A stretch of DNA of 64,000 bases from Auanema rhodensis (Eukaryota > Animalia > Nematoda). Under the pieces are notes generated by a model. The model saw only the letters and a list, made by a program, of their open reading frames with translations, was not told the DNA's origin and ran no database searches. Shown here in pieces: positions 1-13,900 of the stretch. The position numbers were made by a program, and so were the translations under genes. The stretch covers positions 16,926,001-16,990,000 of the forward strand of contig OZ059896.1 of assembly GCA_964057225.1 (NCBI GenBank), in the 5' to 3' direction. Within the stretch, counting starts at the first letter, position 1, and each line of letters begins with the position of its first letter.

Positions 1-3000
1 GTATAGTTTCGGAACAGAAACAAAGAAAAAATTTTGAGAAACGACTCGATTTCTTTTTTTTTTAATTAAAATATTAAAAAAACAATAGAATGAAGTAGAA
101 GAGAAGAAAAAGAAACCAGCGATAGGTCTGAAAAAAAATGAGAAAAAAGAAAATAAGTTTGGTTAAAATATAATATATACAAAACTGGGATATTTTTACC
201 TTTAAACCTGTAATTCAAGGCATATGCTGATAAGCAAAATATATTAATGTGAGCTTAGTAGAGGAAAAACACAAAAATAGCCCGCGGCATTTTGTACTAC
301 AACGAACGAGACTAAGAAAAGATGGAGGGAGAATCGTAGGGGGTAGTGGTGGGGGAAGGGAGAACGATGCACATTTTGAATTTGAAATTGGTATTTTACG
401 AAAGAAATTTTAGCAATACTACAAATATGTGGCATCCGGCTAAGCTTATTCATTGTATGCTTTAGAACAAAGTTGGTTCTTCCACTTCATAGCCTCTCGA
501 CACGGCATTATGGCTATAGGGCTTCCCTCTTCACTCTAGATCTCCTTCAATTTCGGTCTATTTCTCTCTGTATATGGCTTTTAGATTTTCCCTCTCTCTA
601 TTCCTCATGTTGCCTTATTGGTGAGTCTTTTACTTTCTGAAGTTCTTTTAACAAAACTTTCACAACTCCAGCTGTTATTGGGTATAGTAGTTAATGTGTT
701 GCACATTTAAGCTTTGAACCAAAAATCTAAGAGAAGTACGCAGCTATTGGCAGTACATTACGGGTTGTTCCTGAATAAGATCTGTATTGACGAAACGCGT
801 TTTTAGGGAAAAAAAGGAGAAAATATACATATTTATATAAAGAATACTAGTACTTTGAAGACAACAAAACAACAGCTCGAAGCCAGAACGTTAATCAAAA
901 AGGAAAATAATTGAACATATTCCAATAATACATACATAATCTTTTAGAATTTGGATGAAAGTTCATATGATGATGCTAAAACAAAAGATTCAAGATTTAA
1001 GATACATACTCGAATAAAGTAAAAGGTCCGGCTGAGGAATGACACGAATACTGAGAGGACGACAAGACAATGGGACAGGAAAAGAGTACATGAAGCATAT
1101 TGAAAACTTGAAAAACAATAACTTCTACCAGATGAACGAGGTCAGATTAGGAGGTAGACTGACAGAGAGAGAGAGAGCGAGAGTCAAGCAAATCAAGACA
1201 AATTAGAAAGATATGGAAAAGTTGCGAGAAAGTAATTTGGAAAATGATGAAGGTGGAAAGTCAAGAACGACAGAATGGGATTAGGTGGAGATGAAAAATA
1301 GTGAATAAGGAGGGCAGATATCTACGTTTCATTTTTTGGAAAAGGAGACGAAAACGAAGCACAATCAACAACAGCTCGATATGAGCCAAGAACGAGAACG
1401 CCGACGACGATAGCAGAAGAGTGAAGCTGAAAGCTCAGATGATAGTAGAACAACGGGAAAAAGAAGAAGAAGCAGAAGAGAGAGATGCAAAGAAAGAAAG
1501 TGAGAGAGAGAAAGAGAGAGCAGACGGAAGATGAAGGGTGAGACAGACAGAATGAGAAATAAGAGACGAGGGCAGTCGAGAACAATATATGTATGTATAT
1601 GTATATATAGAAATATATATATATATATATCAAGGAAAAGATCTTTGAGAGGAATACGAGAGTGAGGGAGTGAGTGAATGAGTGAGTGAGCGAATGTGTG
1701 AGGGAGTAAGAGTAAGGAGAATATGAGAGAGATAGGAAATAAAGCAAAAAAAAGGAGGGGTGGGCAAGTAAGGGAAGGTTGAGGTTGTCGTGGAATTTGA
1801 GAAAAAGCGTGACCAATATTGCCCTGGAGGTCAATTCCATTTATTGGCTAGAAGGGGAGGCTGACTGCAAAGTTTTAACTACCAGAAAACGAGATAATTC
1901 AAGTTGATTTTGGGGAAAAAATTGATTTGAATTTAATTCAGTTCATTTTCATTCTCCCACTATCACTTTTTAAAAAATTGATATTCTGAGCAATCTGGGC
2001 TTAAATGCATATTTCAATTAAAGTTTCAAATGAAAAAAGCCGAATGTTTGTGAAAGTGATATGAGAGGTGGATAAGAATAAGATATTTTTAAATTTTGAA
2101 TGAAAACTACAAATAAAAAAAGAAGAATTTACATACATATATGTCCGAATTTCGCCGTTTTTTTCAAAAAGAATTAAAATTTTTTTTTCAAAAAAAAAAA
2201 AGAAAAAAGAAATACGAAAAAAAAGGATAAAAAGATCGTCATTATGAGATATGTGAAAGAGGACAACAACAGCAACTTAGTTAAAGAAGTCAATACAAGC
2301 TTATAACTTCACGTTTATCTTGAAGCTGGTCAATACCAACTTAGTGTGTATAGGTCCAGAAGTTATGAATAGGTTTCGGAAGCGTGGGCGCCACACACAG
2401 GAAACTCAGCGCTCAAACGAGTTTTTCTCTTTTCCATCCCGTTCAATTGTGAGATATCTCTTAAGGCATTTTTTCCCTTTTCCTGCACAATTGAAAGTTA
2501 TGGAAAAACTTTCTAAGAGAAACGATGAGCATATGAAAAAGTATTTTTCTATCCAAGTGATAAGAAAGGGCATGATAGGGATTGGTGGGCGAACGTGCTT
2601 GTTAAGCTTTAGCGGCTAAAAGTCTTCCAATTTCCTTTATCAATTAATTTTTGCTCATTAGAAAAAAATAATAAAATAGATTTCTTTATGTGTGATATCA
2701 TTTCTGGAAATCTTTTTTTAATCTCAAAACAATGAAGTAAAATAATGAAAATACATCATTACGATCATCAAAATTACTAAAATGGCCAAAATAATATAAT
2801 TTTCAAATAAAAAAAGATAAAGATAATTCATCTGTGTGGATAATTTGATGAATATTTGCAAATTTATATTTCAATTATCTGTTAAAGTTTGAAAGAGAAA
2901 AAAAGAAATTGTTACATCATCCTTTGTTCTCTAAGTTTGAGAAGATTTTACATCTGATACTATTTCCTCTCATTCTGTCAACTTTTAAACTTTGGAACAT

Positions 3001-6000
3001 CTTAAATTTCAACTTGGTCAACTGGAAAATGAACTTCGCCACGAAGTACATTAAGCAATTTTGAAACCCAAAATTAGCTTCTCTCTTTCACAATCTTTCT
3101 TTTTCTTTTTGCTCTTCTTCTCTCCTTCTCTGATTTTCTCACTCCTCTAAAAAATCTATAAATAGCTGTTTTACACACACACACACACATACATACACTA
3201 ACTATTCACATAAAATAGTGGAAACTGTAACCAAAGCCTCTTCACGAAGCCGAAATTGAGTGAAGTATAGACATCTACATGTATGTATGTAACGCTCACT
3301 TCAGTTCATCTTGGGAACTTTCTATAATTCATTGCTACCCTACGTCGCCACCTACTACACCTACTCTTTAATTATTTTCTTTCAAGCTCATCAGCTTCTC
3401 ACATTCGACATCTTCTCGTACTCTACAATTCTTAGCTTGCTTCCGGAAAAAGGAGATTTTCAGGAAAATCTGGATTAAGTGAAGATAAATAAGTTTAGTT
3501 GCATACTAAGACGATTTTTAACTGATGAAACACGTGTTATATGACGTCAAACGGAAATATTCTCATTTGGAAATTTGTTTTCGGAGTCGTAAAGTACACA
3601 AGCTTGCTGGCTTTCAAATCATATTTTCGTTATTAAACAACGGAAGAGAAAATGAAAGTTTTTAAATGAATGATGTGAAAAAGCATAGTAAATACGGATA
3701 ATAAAGCTAAAGAAGTCTACTCACATCATTATTATCATAATCCAAGTGTTTCCATATTTAGTTTTTTCTTGTTCTATGAAGGTTCTGTTGTTCTTTGTTC
3801 GTAAAAAAAGAGTTAAAAATGAAATTTACTCAAATATGTAAAGTTGTTACATACATGTATGTATGTAAGGAACTTACATTTTAAATAATATTGAAGTTTA
3901 AACTTAAAAAAATAATAATTGTTGTAGAGTATTGAACATAGTTTCAAAAGAAATATGAATGAATATGAAACAAATATAATTTAATCCTTATATATGAATT
4001 TACTTACATATATTCTTCATTTATTAATTTTTTTTAAAGAGATTGATACTAATTAGGAAATAATTTTATAAATTCTATTAGTTTCTTTTTGGAAATATTT
4101 TTCACAATAACTGCAAAAATAATATTAACAAGTGATAAAATAGTTGTAGATTATTAAACATTTGATCATTAAATAAGCTGATGAAAATGAATAAAGAACA
4201 AGTTTTCCTACCAACTTGTATATTTGAACATATAATTATAATTATCTGTATATATATATATATTATATTAATCTTAAGAAATACAAAATTTAAATCAATG
4301 AAGCTTGCTTTGATCTGAAATTTTAAAAATATCCTGACAAACTATGGAGAATATTGAAAAAAATCTGATCAATTTCAAACATTAAACTTTTATTTATTAA
4401 GTAGAAATTTGAAGAAAAAAGAAATTAAGAAAATTCATAATAAAAATGAAAGAACTCTCTAACTAATTATATGTATCTACGTATAAGTTTTCCAAAGAAA
4501 TTGAGAAATATTCTTTTTTTTCTCAGACTGACTTATACCTATTTTCAGATATGAAATATGATAGGTACATGCTGAATTTTGAAATTCAACATCAGTCAAG
4601 TAGTCAAGTAGTTGAAAAGCCTAAAGATTTCAGAAGAATGATCGAGGTGACGTCGTTCTTTTTTTGAAATCACTACGTTTGAATTAGAAAAAAAAGGGTC
4701 TAGTTCCCAACGGGAATCAGAATTCTCACGACTGAAAGAACTCACACAATTTAGCAGAAAATAGGAAAAAAAACGAGAATGACAGAAAGAAAAGAGAGGA
4801 GGAAAGTGAAGTGATATAGAGGGAAAACGAGACTGAGAGAATACAGGAGGGATTTGGTGAATATGAAGAAGAATTGAAGAATGAATGAAACAGATTCAAG
4901 GGGACGAGAGGCAATAGTGTGATTGGAATATCATTGATGTCTGATTCTTTAGTGATTCTACTAGTTTTTTATGTATATGAATGAGAATTTTCAATTCAAA
5001 AAAAATGGTTTTGATGTGTTTCACCTGTGCGCAAAGTTGCAGCAGAAGTGGCAGCAGTAGGAATATCAAAAGCAGCAACACAAATTTTGTGTTACAAATG
5101 ACATAAAAGACCATTTGTATCCTAGAAAATGAAAGTTTCTGTTGTATTTTCTATTTTCAATATTTGCATTGGAATATATATATAATATATAAATCTTCTT
5201 AGTTAATTATCTTATATTAAAATGAGCTAAAACACAAAATATACACTCAAAAACCTTATAAAAACATTTTCTCACATTTATATTTGCTACCGAATGTCAA
5301 TTTTTTCTTATTGTTATTGTAGAAAGAAAAGCAGAGAAATAATGATATAAGATAGACGGACATATGAGTTATGTGTGGGTGTATCATAATTGTTCTCAAA
5401 TAAAAAGTTCAAAAAAAAAAAAACAAAAAAAAAATGTTTTATCTCGTTAATTTCTAGAAACGGAAGAGTTTTCTCTTTCTTTTTTCTCTTTTTTCTTATC
5501 ATATTGCTGCTCTTATCATTAACTTTTTTTGTATTTCATCGTAGAAAGTTTCTTTAATATCAGCTGCTGTTGCTAAAACAAACGAAAACTAAAAAATCAT
5601 TGAAATTTGACAAAAAAGTGAATGTGATTCAAATATATTGAAGGATAATAGATAAGAATAGATGTGATATCTTCGTGGTGTGCCAAGCAATCGTTTGAAG
5701 AATCTTATTGCTACTCGGTAATGGCTCGAAACAGAGCTCTCTGCTGCAACTTCCGGTCTATACGGGTCCACCCCCGCCTTTGCATTCCTATCTCTTTTGC
5801 GTATGCCCTCTCTCGTGACTCATTTCCCAGATTCTCATAGTCTATTTCAATCTGTCTTCTTGTCTAAGCTTTTTCTTTCTCTTCTTTCTCTTCCTTTCAT
5901 ACTCTTTGTTATAGATAGTATATTTATCTATGAAACAGTTTAATTTTAATTTATTCTTCATAAAAATTTTGATTTATAGAAGCATCACTAGTTCAATTTG

Positions 6001-6992
6001 GGGTATGAACAAAAGAAAAATTAGACTGAATCTCAAAGTGCATCAATTAAAAATAAAATTGAGCATAGCTTTAACTAGTACAAGTTATCATTAAAATTAA
6101 AAAAAAACAATGAATCTCATAAGAAAATCTATATAAATATATATTTTTTAAATAAAGAACATAATCAAGTATAAAATATTATAATGAAATATAGTTAATA
6201 TAGAAATATCAGTGATTATCAAAAGTAGACACATGGGAGCAATATGCAAAAGCTACTCTCGTGTGTATTTCTGGACAGTTCAAAAACGAAAATTTCTATT
6301 CGTAAACAACGCTTCAGTTAGAGTTAAATAGAAGTCAATAAGAATAATCTGAAGTAAAGAAATAGGAAAAATGGAAAGAATATAGCATAGACACTGATTG
6401 ATTGAAGTTATTTTTCTGTTTTATTTTTGTTCGTAAACGATACACAAGAATGAAAAGCAAACCTATTCTCATAAAAAGCTTACGAGTCTGAAAAATATGA
6501 AATCGGTCTTAAAAACAAAAAAAACTTAAAAAATTGGCATAGCACTGTAAGTTTCAACAGTATCACCTGTTGCAAATAGCCATTGAACAAAACATTCAAG
6601 TTTGTATGATGTTTCAACCCGCTTGACCCATATGTACATGCATGTGTGTAAGAGGTGACAATCGTTTTTTTTTGTTTGATCAACTTAGGTTTTTGCATTA
6701 TTGTTGCTAAAAAATGAGAGAATTAAAACTTGATGTTGGGTTGGGGGGTGAAGTATGGCAGAGAGAGAGGTGTGGTACATGGTGTGAAGCGAAGAAGAGA
6801 GAAGACCAAATTTGGCAGTATTGATGCAAAAGATGTAAATAGATGTGAACAAGGCATTTCGCTCAATGAAAAAGACTATAATTTTCATTTTTGATTCCTT
6901 TTTTTATACATCAACGTCATCATCGGCAGCATTATCATCTTAGTTTTCATTGGTTGTGTTGCAAATATTTGGAAAGAAGAAAAATACAGAGT

Positions 6993-6994
<2 letters not shown>

Positions 6995-7040
<46 letters not shown>

Positions 7041-7066
7041 ATCTCTCTCTCTCTCTCTCTATCTCT
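6995..7066. repeat. (CT)n/(GA)n microsatellite
   Basis: Direct reading; similar tracts occur at ~20563-20620, ~21835-21890 and ~49505-49570. Confidence 0.9.
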
Positions 7067-8339
7067 ATCAAAATAGTATAGAACTGTATTACAAGGAGGA
7101 AAAGAAAAAAAACACGTTTTAGGAGAGCCACTTACTTTCCATTTCAGTTTCAATCTGTTTTTTAAATTTTATTTTATTTTTATTTTTTGTCTTATTTCCT
7201 CTGCTTCGTTTTGCTTTAGGTCAAAATATGAAATATAATAATTGGGGTAAACGAAGAAAAGGTTACCGAAAAGAATCCATAGAATACACAGAGGTGGTTT
7301 TGTGGTAGAAGGAGTTTGAAAGTTGAAGTAAGTTGCAGGCTGTTGCCCATCTCAAGTTCGTTTAGCAATTCTTTTTTTCCAGAATATGCATTGTTCTTGG
7401 ACATTTTTGCAGAAATCGTCAGACGGAAAATGTGAAATACCTAGACTTTCTTGCACAAAAGTTTAATCTCATCTTTCGGCCAGTCTGCGATACATTCTTT
7501 GACAAATGCCACCTTAGTTTGAGATTCGTGTGATTTAAAGTGCAGACACATTTTGAAAAATTGGCTCAGACTTCTGAGATTGATAGAAGAAACGGAAGAC
7601 GGAAGTGATATATGATGAGATGCAAACGGATAGCACTAAAGAGAAGAAGCGAAAAGACGATATGAAAAGAGTATGATGACATCATATAGACGATGAAAAG
7701 ACATATACACAGACATATAAACAGAAATCAGATGTCAAATTGTGAATTGAACAAGAAGTATCAACTGTTGAATGATGTACAGCAAGAACAACCGTTCCAA
7801 CACTCTTCTTATTTTAAAATGAGTTTAAATAATCACGCGGCACATATCATCATCACAGCCGATAAAGCTTAGAAGTAAACCCCAAAAATTGATTTTAATG
7901 CTGAAAATTGGCGTGATCGTGTCATATAATTTGATAAAAATTGATACCAATTTTGACGTTAAAATATTAAATTTCAAAAATTTATTTGTATTAATAAAAT
8001 AATTTTAATTTTCACAAAACATTGTCTTTAAATACGACATTGACGTCAATATCGTTTTATTGTTCAAAAGAAATTATTATATAGATAATAATGAAATGAG
8101 AGAAAGAAAAGAAAATCTAAAAAAAAATCAAAGTTTAAAATTTAATATTATATATACATATATATACATATGTCTGTTATATATATATTACATATATATA
8201 TTACATATAGATAGATGTATGTATGCTATATGTAGTTGAATAGATTATATTTTAAAAAAACTTTAAAAAGATATTATTATTAAGATAATAAAAGTAAAAT
8301 ATACACATTTTCTTATATTAGAAATTATAGTATTCATAA

Positions 8340-8344
8340 TGATT

Positions 8345-8385
<41 letters not shown>

Positions 8386-8400
8386 AATGACGATGATGAT
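8340..8400. repeat. (GAT)n trinucleotide microsatellite
   Basis: About 20 near-perfect GAT units in non-coding sequence. Confidence 0.9.
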
Positions 8401-10956
8401 GGAGATAATGTAAAACTTATAGAAAATTATAGGAATAACATCAGTATATGATGTCGAGTTGCTGCTGATACTTGCTTTGATGGCGCTAATGATATGGAAG
8501 AGAACTCACCTGCTTATTCTAGCTCAAAGTGCTGAGCATAATCACATCGTAAGCATATACTATATCATATTCTATAACAGTTTAAGAATAAGCGGGATAG
8601 AAAGAGAAAAACCAAAATGACGACTCATTTCGATTTTAAAGATACAAGCCGTAGGCGCTTTGTAGGTTGTTAGAATCTTGTTTCGATGAGATATGAAAGA
8701 ACATCTACAACTACATATTAATGTGAAGATTAGATGATATAATGAACTAATTATTTACTGAAAATTTCAAGATTATTATGATTTTGAAAGAATTTATCTT
8801 CAAATTTTTTCAATAAATGTCGTTGTTTAATCAATAATTATATTTGTTAGTTGAAATTTGTATCTTGGACAGACTTACGAAGCTTGTAACTATAGAGGAA
8901 GATCAATGAGATCGTAAACTGATTGAAAATATAAAAAATCGGCGAAAAAAAAACACGAAGAAATTGAAAACAATTATAATTAAATAAACAATTTATTAAA
9001 TTGAACACACAGAACAGCCAGTAAACAAGCTAATGTATGTAGTAGTAGTATGTATGTATGTATGCTTAAAGAAGTATGTAATATTAGGAAAAATAGAGAT
9101 GAAATCAATAAATTAAAATGACTAGATGGCAATAACTGCTACATAACGACCATTATTTTAGGAATGTTTTTTCATCAGTATTATCATCAAAAACTGAAGT
9201 TTTTGATATTTATTATTAGAAATATTTCAAATTTTAGGTCAATGAAGCAGTGTGAGCGATAGGCAGATGCTTATAGAAGTTCTACTTCAATTTGAAGATT
9301 GTTGGAACAGCGGATTTAGGTAAAGGACACGCTTAAGTTACTGGTGTAAGTCGAGGGTGAATGGTGGATAGATGGAAGAAGGGTAGGTGGACGTGCAAGC
9401 GATTTGGTTAATTGGGAATTAAGGGAATAATGAATATCATTTAGATGTAATGCTTGAATGTGAGTATCAATAAGCAAACTGGGTATTGAGATCATATAGA
9501 AGCATAAGGAAGTTGACGTCACTGGGGACAAGCACGATGATAGATAGACCGTCGAAAGAAATTTTCTACTCAAATTGCAGCTACAACGTTACAATATGAC
9601 TATATGCTAGTTGAAAAAATATTAGTGAAGGAAGAAGTATTTGTACGAATGCAATTCATACACAACGTATTCCAGATAACGTAAGTGACAGCTTGATAAG
9701 GCAGACAACTATAGAAAAGTTTTTTTCGAGACTGAACCGAGAGGATTTGTAGAAGAATGAAGATGGAGCGAGAAGAAAATGAAGATATAACGACGAGAGG
9801 GACATGAGTATTTACTGATGTTGCGGCTGAGAAACATGATGGTAAAGGGTGAGATTTCTGGTATGCTCAGATAAAAATCAGAATAAAGTTCTTTGCCTAA
9901 TAACGAAACAAGAAATCTTTCTCTTTTTATAAAAAAAACAAGAAAACAGAGATATTTTGAGTTAGAAAACTGAAGAACACTCTGAATCACGAAAGTGAAT
10001 GTGATACATGTTCCGTCAAATAGAAACAAAACTGTCAACAAATTTACTACTTAAGATATCAAAAATTAATTTGATTTTTTAACTTTTTTTTAAAACAATC
10101 AGGAACGCTCACATTATCATATCTACAAAAGCGAATGATGATGATCATGATAATGTGGCGGGCAGTAATAGATGGATGCTTCATCTCAATGTTTCATCCA
10201 AAATTTTAATTTTGTATTCAAAGTTATTTTCAAATTTTTTCATATGGCAACTATAACAAAACTCAATAGGAGTATACTAATAGCCTAAACAGAAATCCAG
10301 TTATTTCAAAATGGTTCTGTTTTTGGTTTAGATATTGAAATAATTTTTAAATACAAAATTGAAAATTCATGAAACGCTACTACTGCACTTCTTATGGCAC
10401 GTGAATTCCGGCTTTTGTGGTAGATTCAATCAAGAATTTCTTGTAGTAAGGAAATCTTAATTCAATACTAAAAGCGACTTTAGAGACGGACTACAAGATA
10501 AAAAGAGAAAATGCAGAAATTAAGAGAGATAAAGGAAGGAGGATGAGAGAAAAGATGACTGAGAAGCAATGCTATCAGAACATATGCTCTATTTAGATTG
10601 TATCGTTGAATAATATGCAAAATAATATATATATAATATAAATTTTTTTTTTTTGAAATTTCTTTCAATCTCAGTGGTTCAGCGACATCTTGAAACTGCT
10701 CAGTTACAGGGAAATGTGGGGAAATGGGAAGAAAAACAGATGATTTGAACTGCAACTATCTACACTCGAGAGAAAATCCAAAGTTCAGCTAGCACATCTG
10801 AAAGATAGAATATATTATTTGCAAATATTTTCTTATTCTAAGAAAATTAAATTTTTCTTAAAAATTAATTTTTAAATATAGCAGTGATCATGCTTGACCA
10901 CTTCTGCAGATGATAAAATATATTATTAACTCACCGTACATGATCCGGTCTTCGAC

Positions 10957-13900
10957 TTATTGAAGCCGCATGTCAATGACTTCCCAGGACTGTGAATCCT
11001 GAAAATGGACTAAAACAATGAACATTTCTTTATCATTAAAAAAAGCTTTTGATTCTTTGAATTGATATTCAAAGTCAAAAACTGATTTTGAACAAACCTG
11101 ATCATCATTATTTGGAACGAGTGAGATCTCGTGACTGCTTGCATTACTTCCATTACTGGAATCGGAAGTGTTGTGTCCATCTTCGTCTTGTCGGTGATCA
11201 TGACCCCTTCTGCAGACGATAAAATACTTATAAATTTATTTTCATATTTGATATTCACCTTCTAGCGTTCATGAAAAAGTTTGCAACTGTTGTTGGATCC
11301 AAACCTAGCTGCTGACTGATAGTAAGCTGCATCTCCCTAGAGGGTCTCTTAGTCTCTTTGAATATAGCCTGAAGAGTTCTTCGCTGAATATCAGTGAACA
11401 CCAAACGTGGCTTTTTTGGTACTGGTGGCTGATCGCATTGAACTTGTTGTTCTTCCTTTCTCTTACAAGCTGAAATTAAGAAATATATTAGAAATATAAA
11501 GTATTATATATTAATTTTTGGTTTTCCTTTTTGGAATTTTTTGAATAGTTATGCTAGTTGAAAATGATCTCCCCAACTAAAACCTAAAGCATTCTTTCAA
11601 CGTTTCGACTAAAAATTAGAGATGATGAAATTCTATTGTTTTCCGGACATCACTGAACATCCTCAATAGCAGTGTCGAAATACATGAATCAGTCCCAACA
11701 ATTCAAAATGCTTTTTCACATAAACTTCATGATTATACTGTAATTCATGTTTGTTCATCAACTCGTTAGTTTTACCATGTAAAGTGAAGAATAAATCGAA
11801 AATGAAAGCTGCTCATAGTTCGACATTGACGAAAAACGCCGGCAGAATGGCAATGACAGAAAGTCATAAAAAGCTTTCAACAGCCGGCGATTTAAGCATC
11901 TAAGCCTCTTGTGTTCAAGCCTTTTTACTTGTACAATATAAATCATGTGCATCTGTCTAGCAACTGCTATATATTCGGTATTGGTAGCCATCTGACATGT
12001 ATTATTCAAGTTCCGATTAAAAAAATATTTTTGAAAAATATGACGAAATTCTGATTGAAAACTGTTTTAATTCCCAGAATTATTGTTCAAAAACAACCGA
12101 ATCAGCACGATAACTCATAAGAACTGATTAGTTCACGTGGAAAGATAGAAGACACGTGAACCGCGTGGAAAACGTGAAGCAGTCAGTCATGCGCTGAGCT
12201 TATCTGTTATGCGCTGATAATAGTACCGTAATCTTTGTCAAAACAAATTTTTGAATATTTGCAAGAAGAGGAATTGAAGAATTTCACATTTTCCCTGTGA
12301 CAATGTTTGGTCTTCTGAATGGTTTTTCTGTTTCTATTTCTTCTTTTTCGAACATGTGTATGTATATACTTGTATTCTAATGCTTTCTATGTACTAATTG
12401 CAAGAAAAGACTAAGAGAACCAGCAGTAGCAGAAGAGGAGAAGCCCTTCATTGCCAACCAACAGAGAAAAGGCTTCTCGCGCAAACGGAATAGCTCTCGT
12501 TTCTCTGATCCAACCATATACTGGATGAAATACTCTCGTTCAACATGCCTTGAGGAGAATGAGGACGGCAAGACTAGAATAAGGAAAAGAACGTAAGCAT
12601 GGGGACAAGAGAGAGAGAAAAAGGGAAAGGAAAAGAGAGAAAAGGGGGAATGAGTAGCATTTTGGCGTCTGAATACTCTTTTCAGCTACCATATTTCTCT
12701 CAACTCGATCGATTCCCAATTTGCTTGACAGCCACAAAGCTTTTCCTACTCTTATGCACATAGTCTTGTCTTTCATTCCAACATTTTGAGTTTCAAATGC
12801 GAACTTTTACTCACAAAGTGTAAATAAGGCTAAGGCTTTGCAAGCGGATTTCGAATATTCGGATCAGTCAATACGACAGTGTGTACAGGCACCCATTCCA
12901 GAAAGGAAAAGCAAAAATTCAATAGGCTGTAGTGAGTAAAGCGTTGAGAAATTCAAGTCCACTCCAGCTTATTGAACCATTTTTGGTATCACGCTCTCAC
13001 CTATTGATTACCGATAGAATTTAAGTGAAATCTTTTAAGTAATCAGTTACAGACAATACCATGAAATATAATTGGATTAAGAATATAAATAGTTAGATAT
13101 TCTATAAAAAATAAAAAATAATAATTGATAGTAATAATCAATAAAATTTATCAAATATTCTGAACTATTACAAAAGTTTTTGCTTAATTACATAGTAGTC
13201 GAAGACTTTTTTTTCTCAAATTTTCATTTTTTGACCAGATTTTCAATTTTTTTCAACTTATTTATTTGCCTTTTTTCTTAAATTCTTATTCATTTATCAA
13301 AATTGATATAATCAATATCATTTATCGATTTTCAATATTTTTTGTTTTGATCAGTCTATATTCTATTGGATGGTCCCTGGTCATCCTGGCAATTCCATGG
13401 TGAAAGCGGAGAGCCACGGCGATTGAATGCAGAGAGAGGAAGAAAGTAGGAGAAGGAAGCCTCGAGACCAGTTAGCCATCTATGGGGAATTGCCAAAGGC
13501 CGTCCGACCCGTCAAAGCATCGCCTCATCCATTTCGAACTAATCAATCTTTCTCACTATCGGACCGGGCGAGACACCAGACGTCAATGTGTCTTGAGCTG
13601 TGGTCTTCAGAAGATTGCTCAAAAATGGAAAGACAAAATAGACAAACAGCGTGAAGAAGAGGAGAAATAGAAAGATCAACTGAAGGAGAAAAGAGAGTGA
13701 CAGAGAGAAGAAAGGATTGAGAAGTAGGATAAGAGAGGAAAAACGAGAGATTGATTCCACAAAGAGATCATACATATATGCAGCTCGATAGGCAATTTGA
13801 TAGATAATAGATATACCACCAGAAATACAACGATTAAGGTTGAAGCACCGTTAAGCTTATTCATGAGCTCTCGGCAAGTTGGTTATGTCTTGTTCATTCT

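Noticed and set aside
1322-1840. Hydrophobic Leu/Ser/Phe ORFs here and at 24352-25267, 31738-32112, 49485-49718, 51235-51456
   Set aside because: Translations of GA/CT-rich low-complexity DNA with no domain signature or supporting splice structure.
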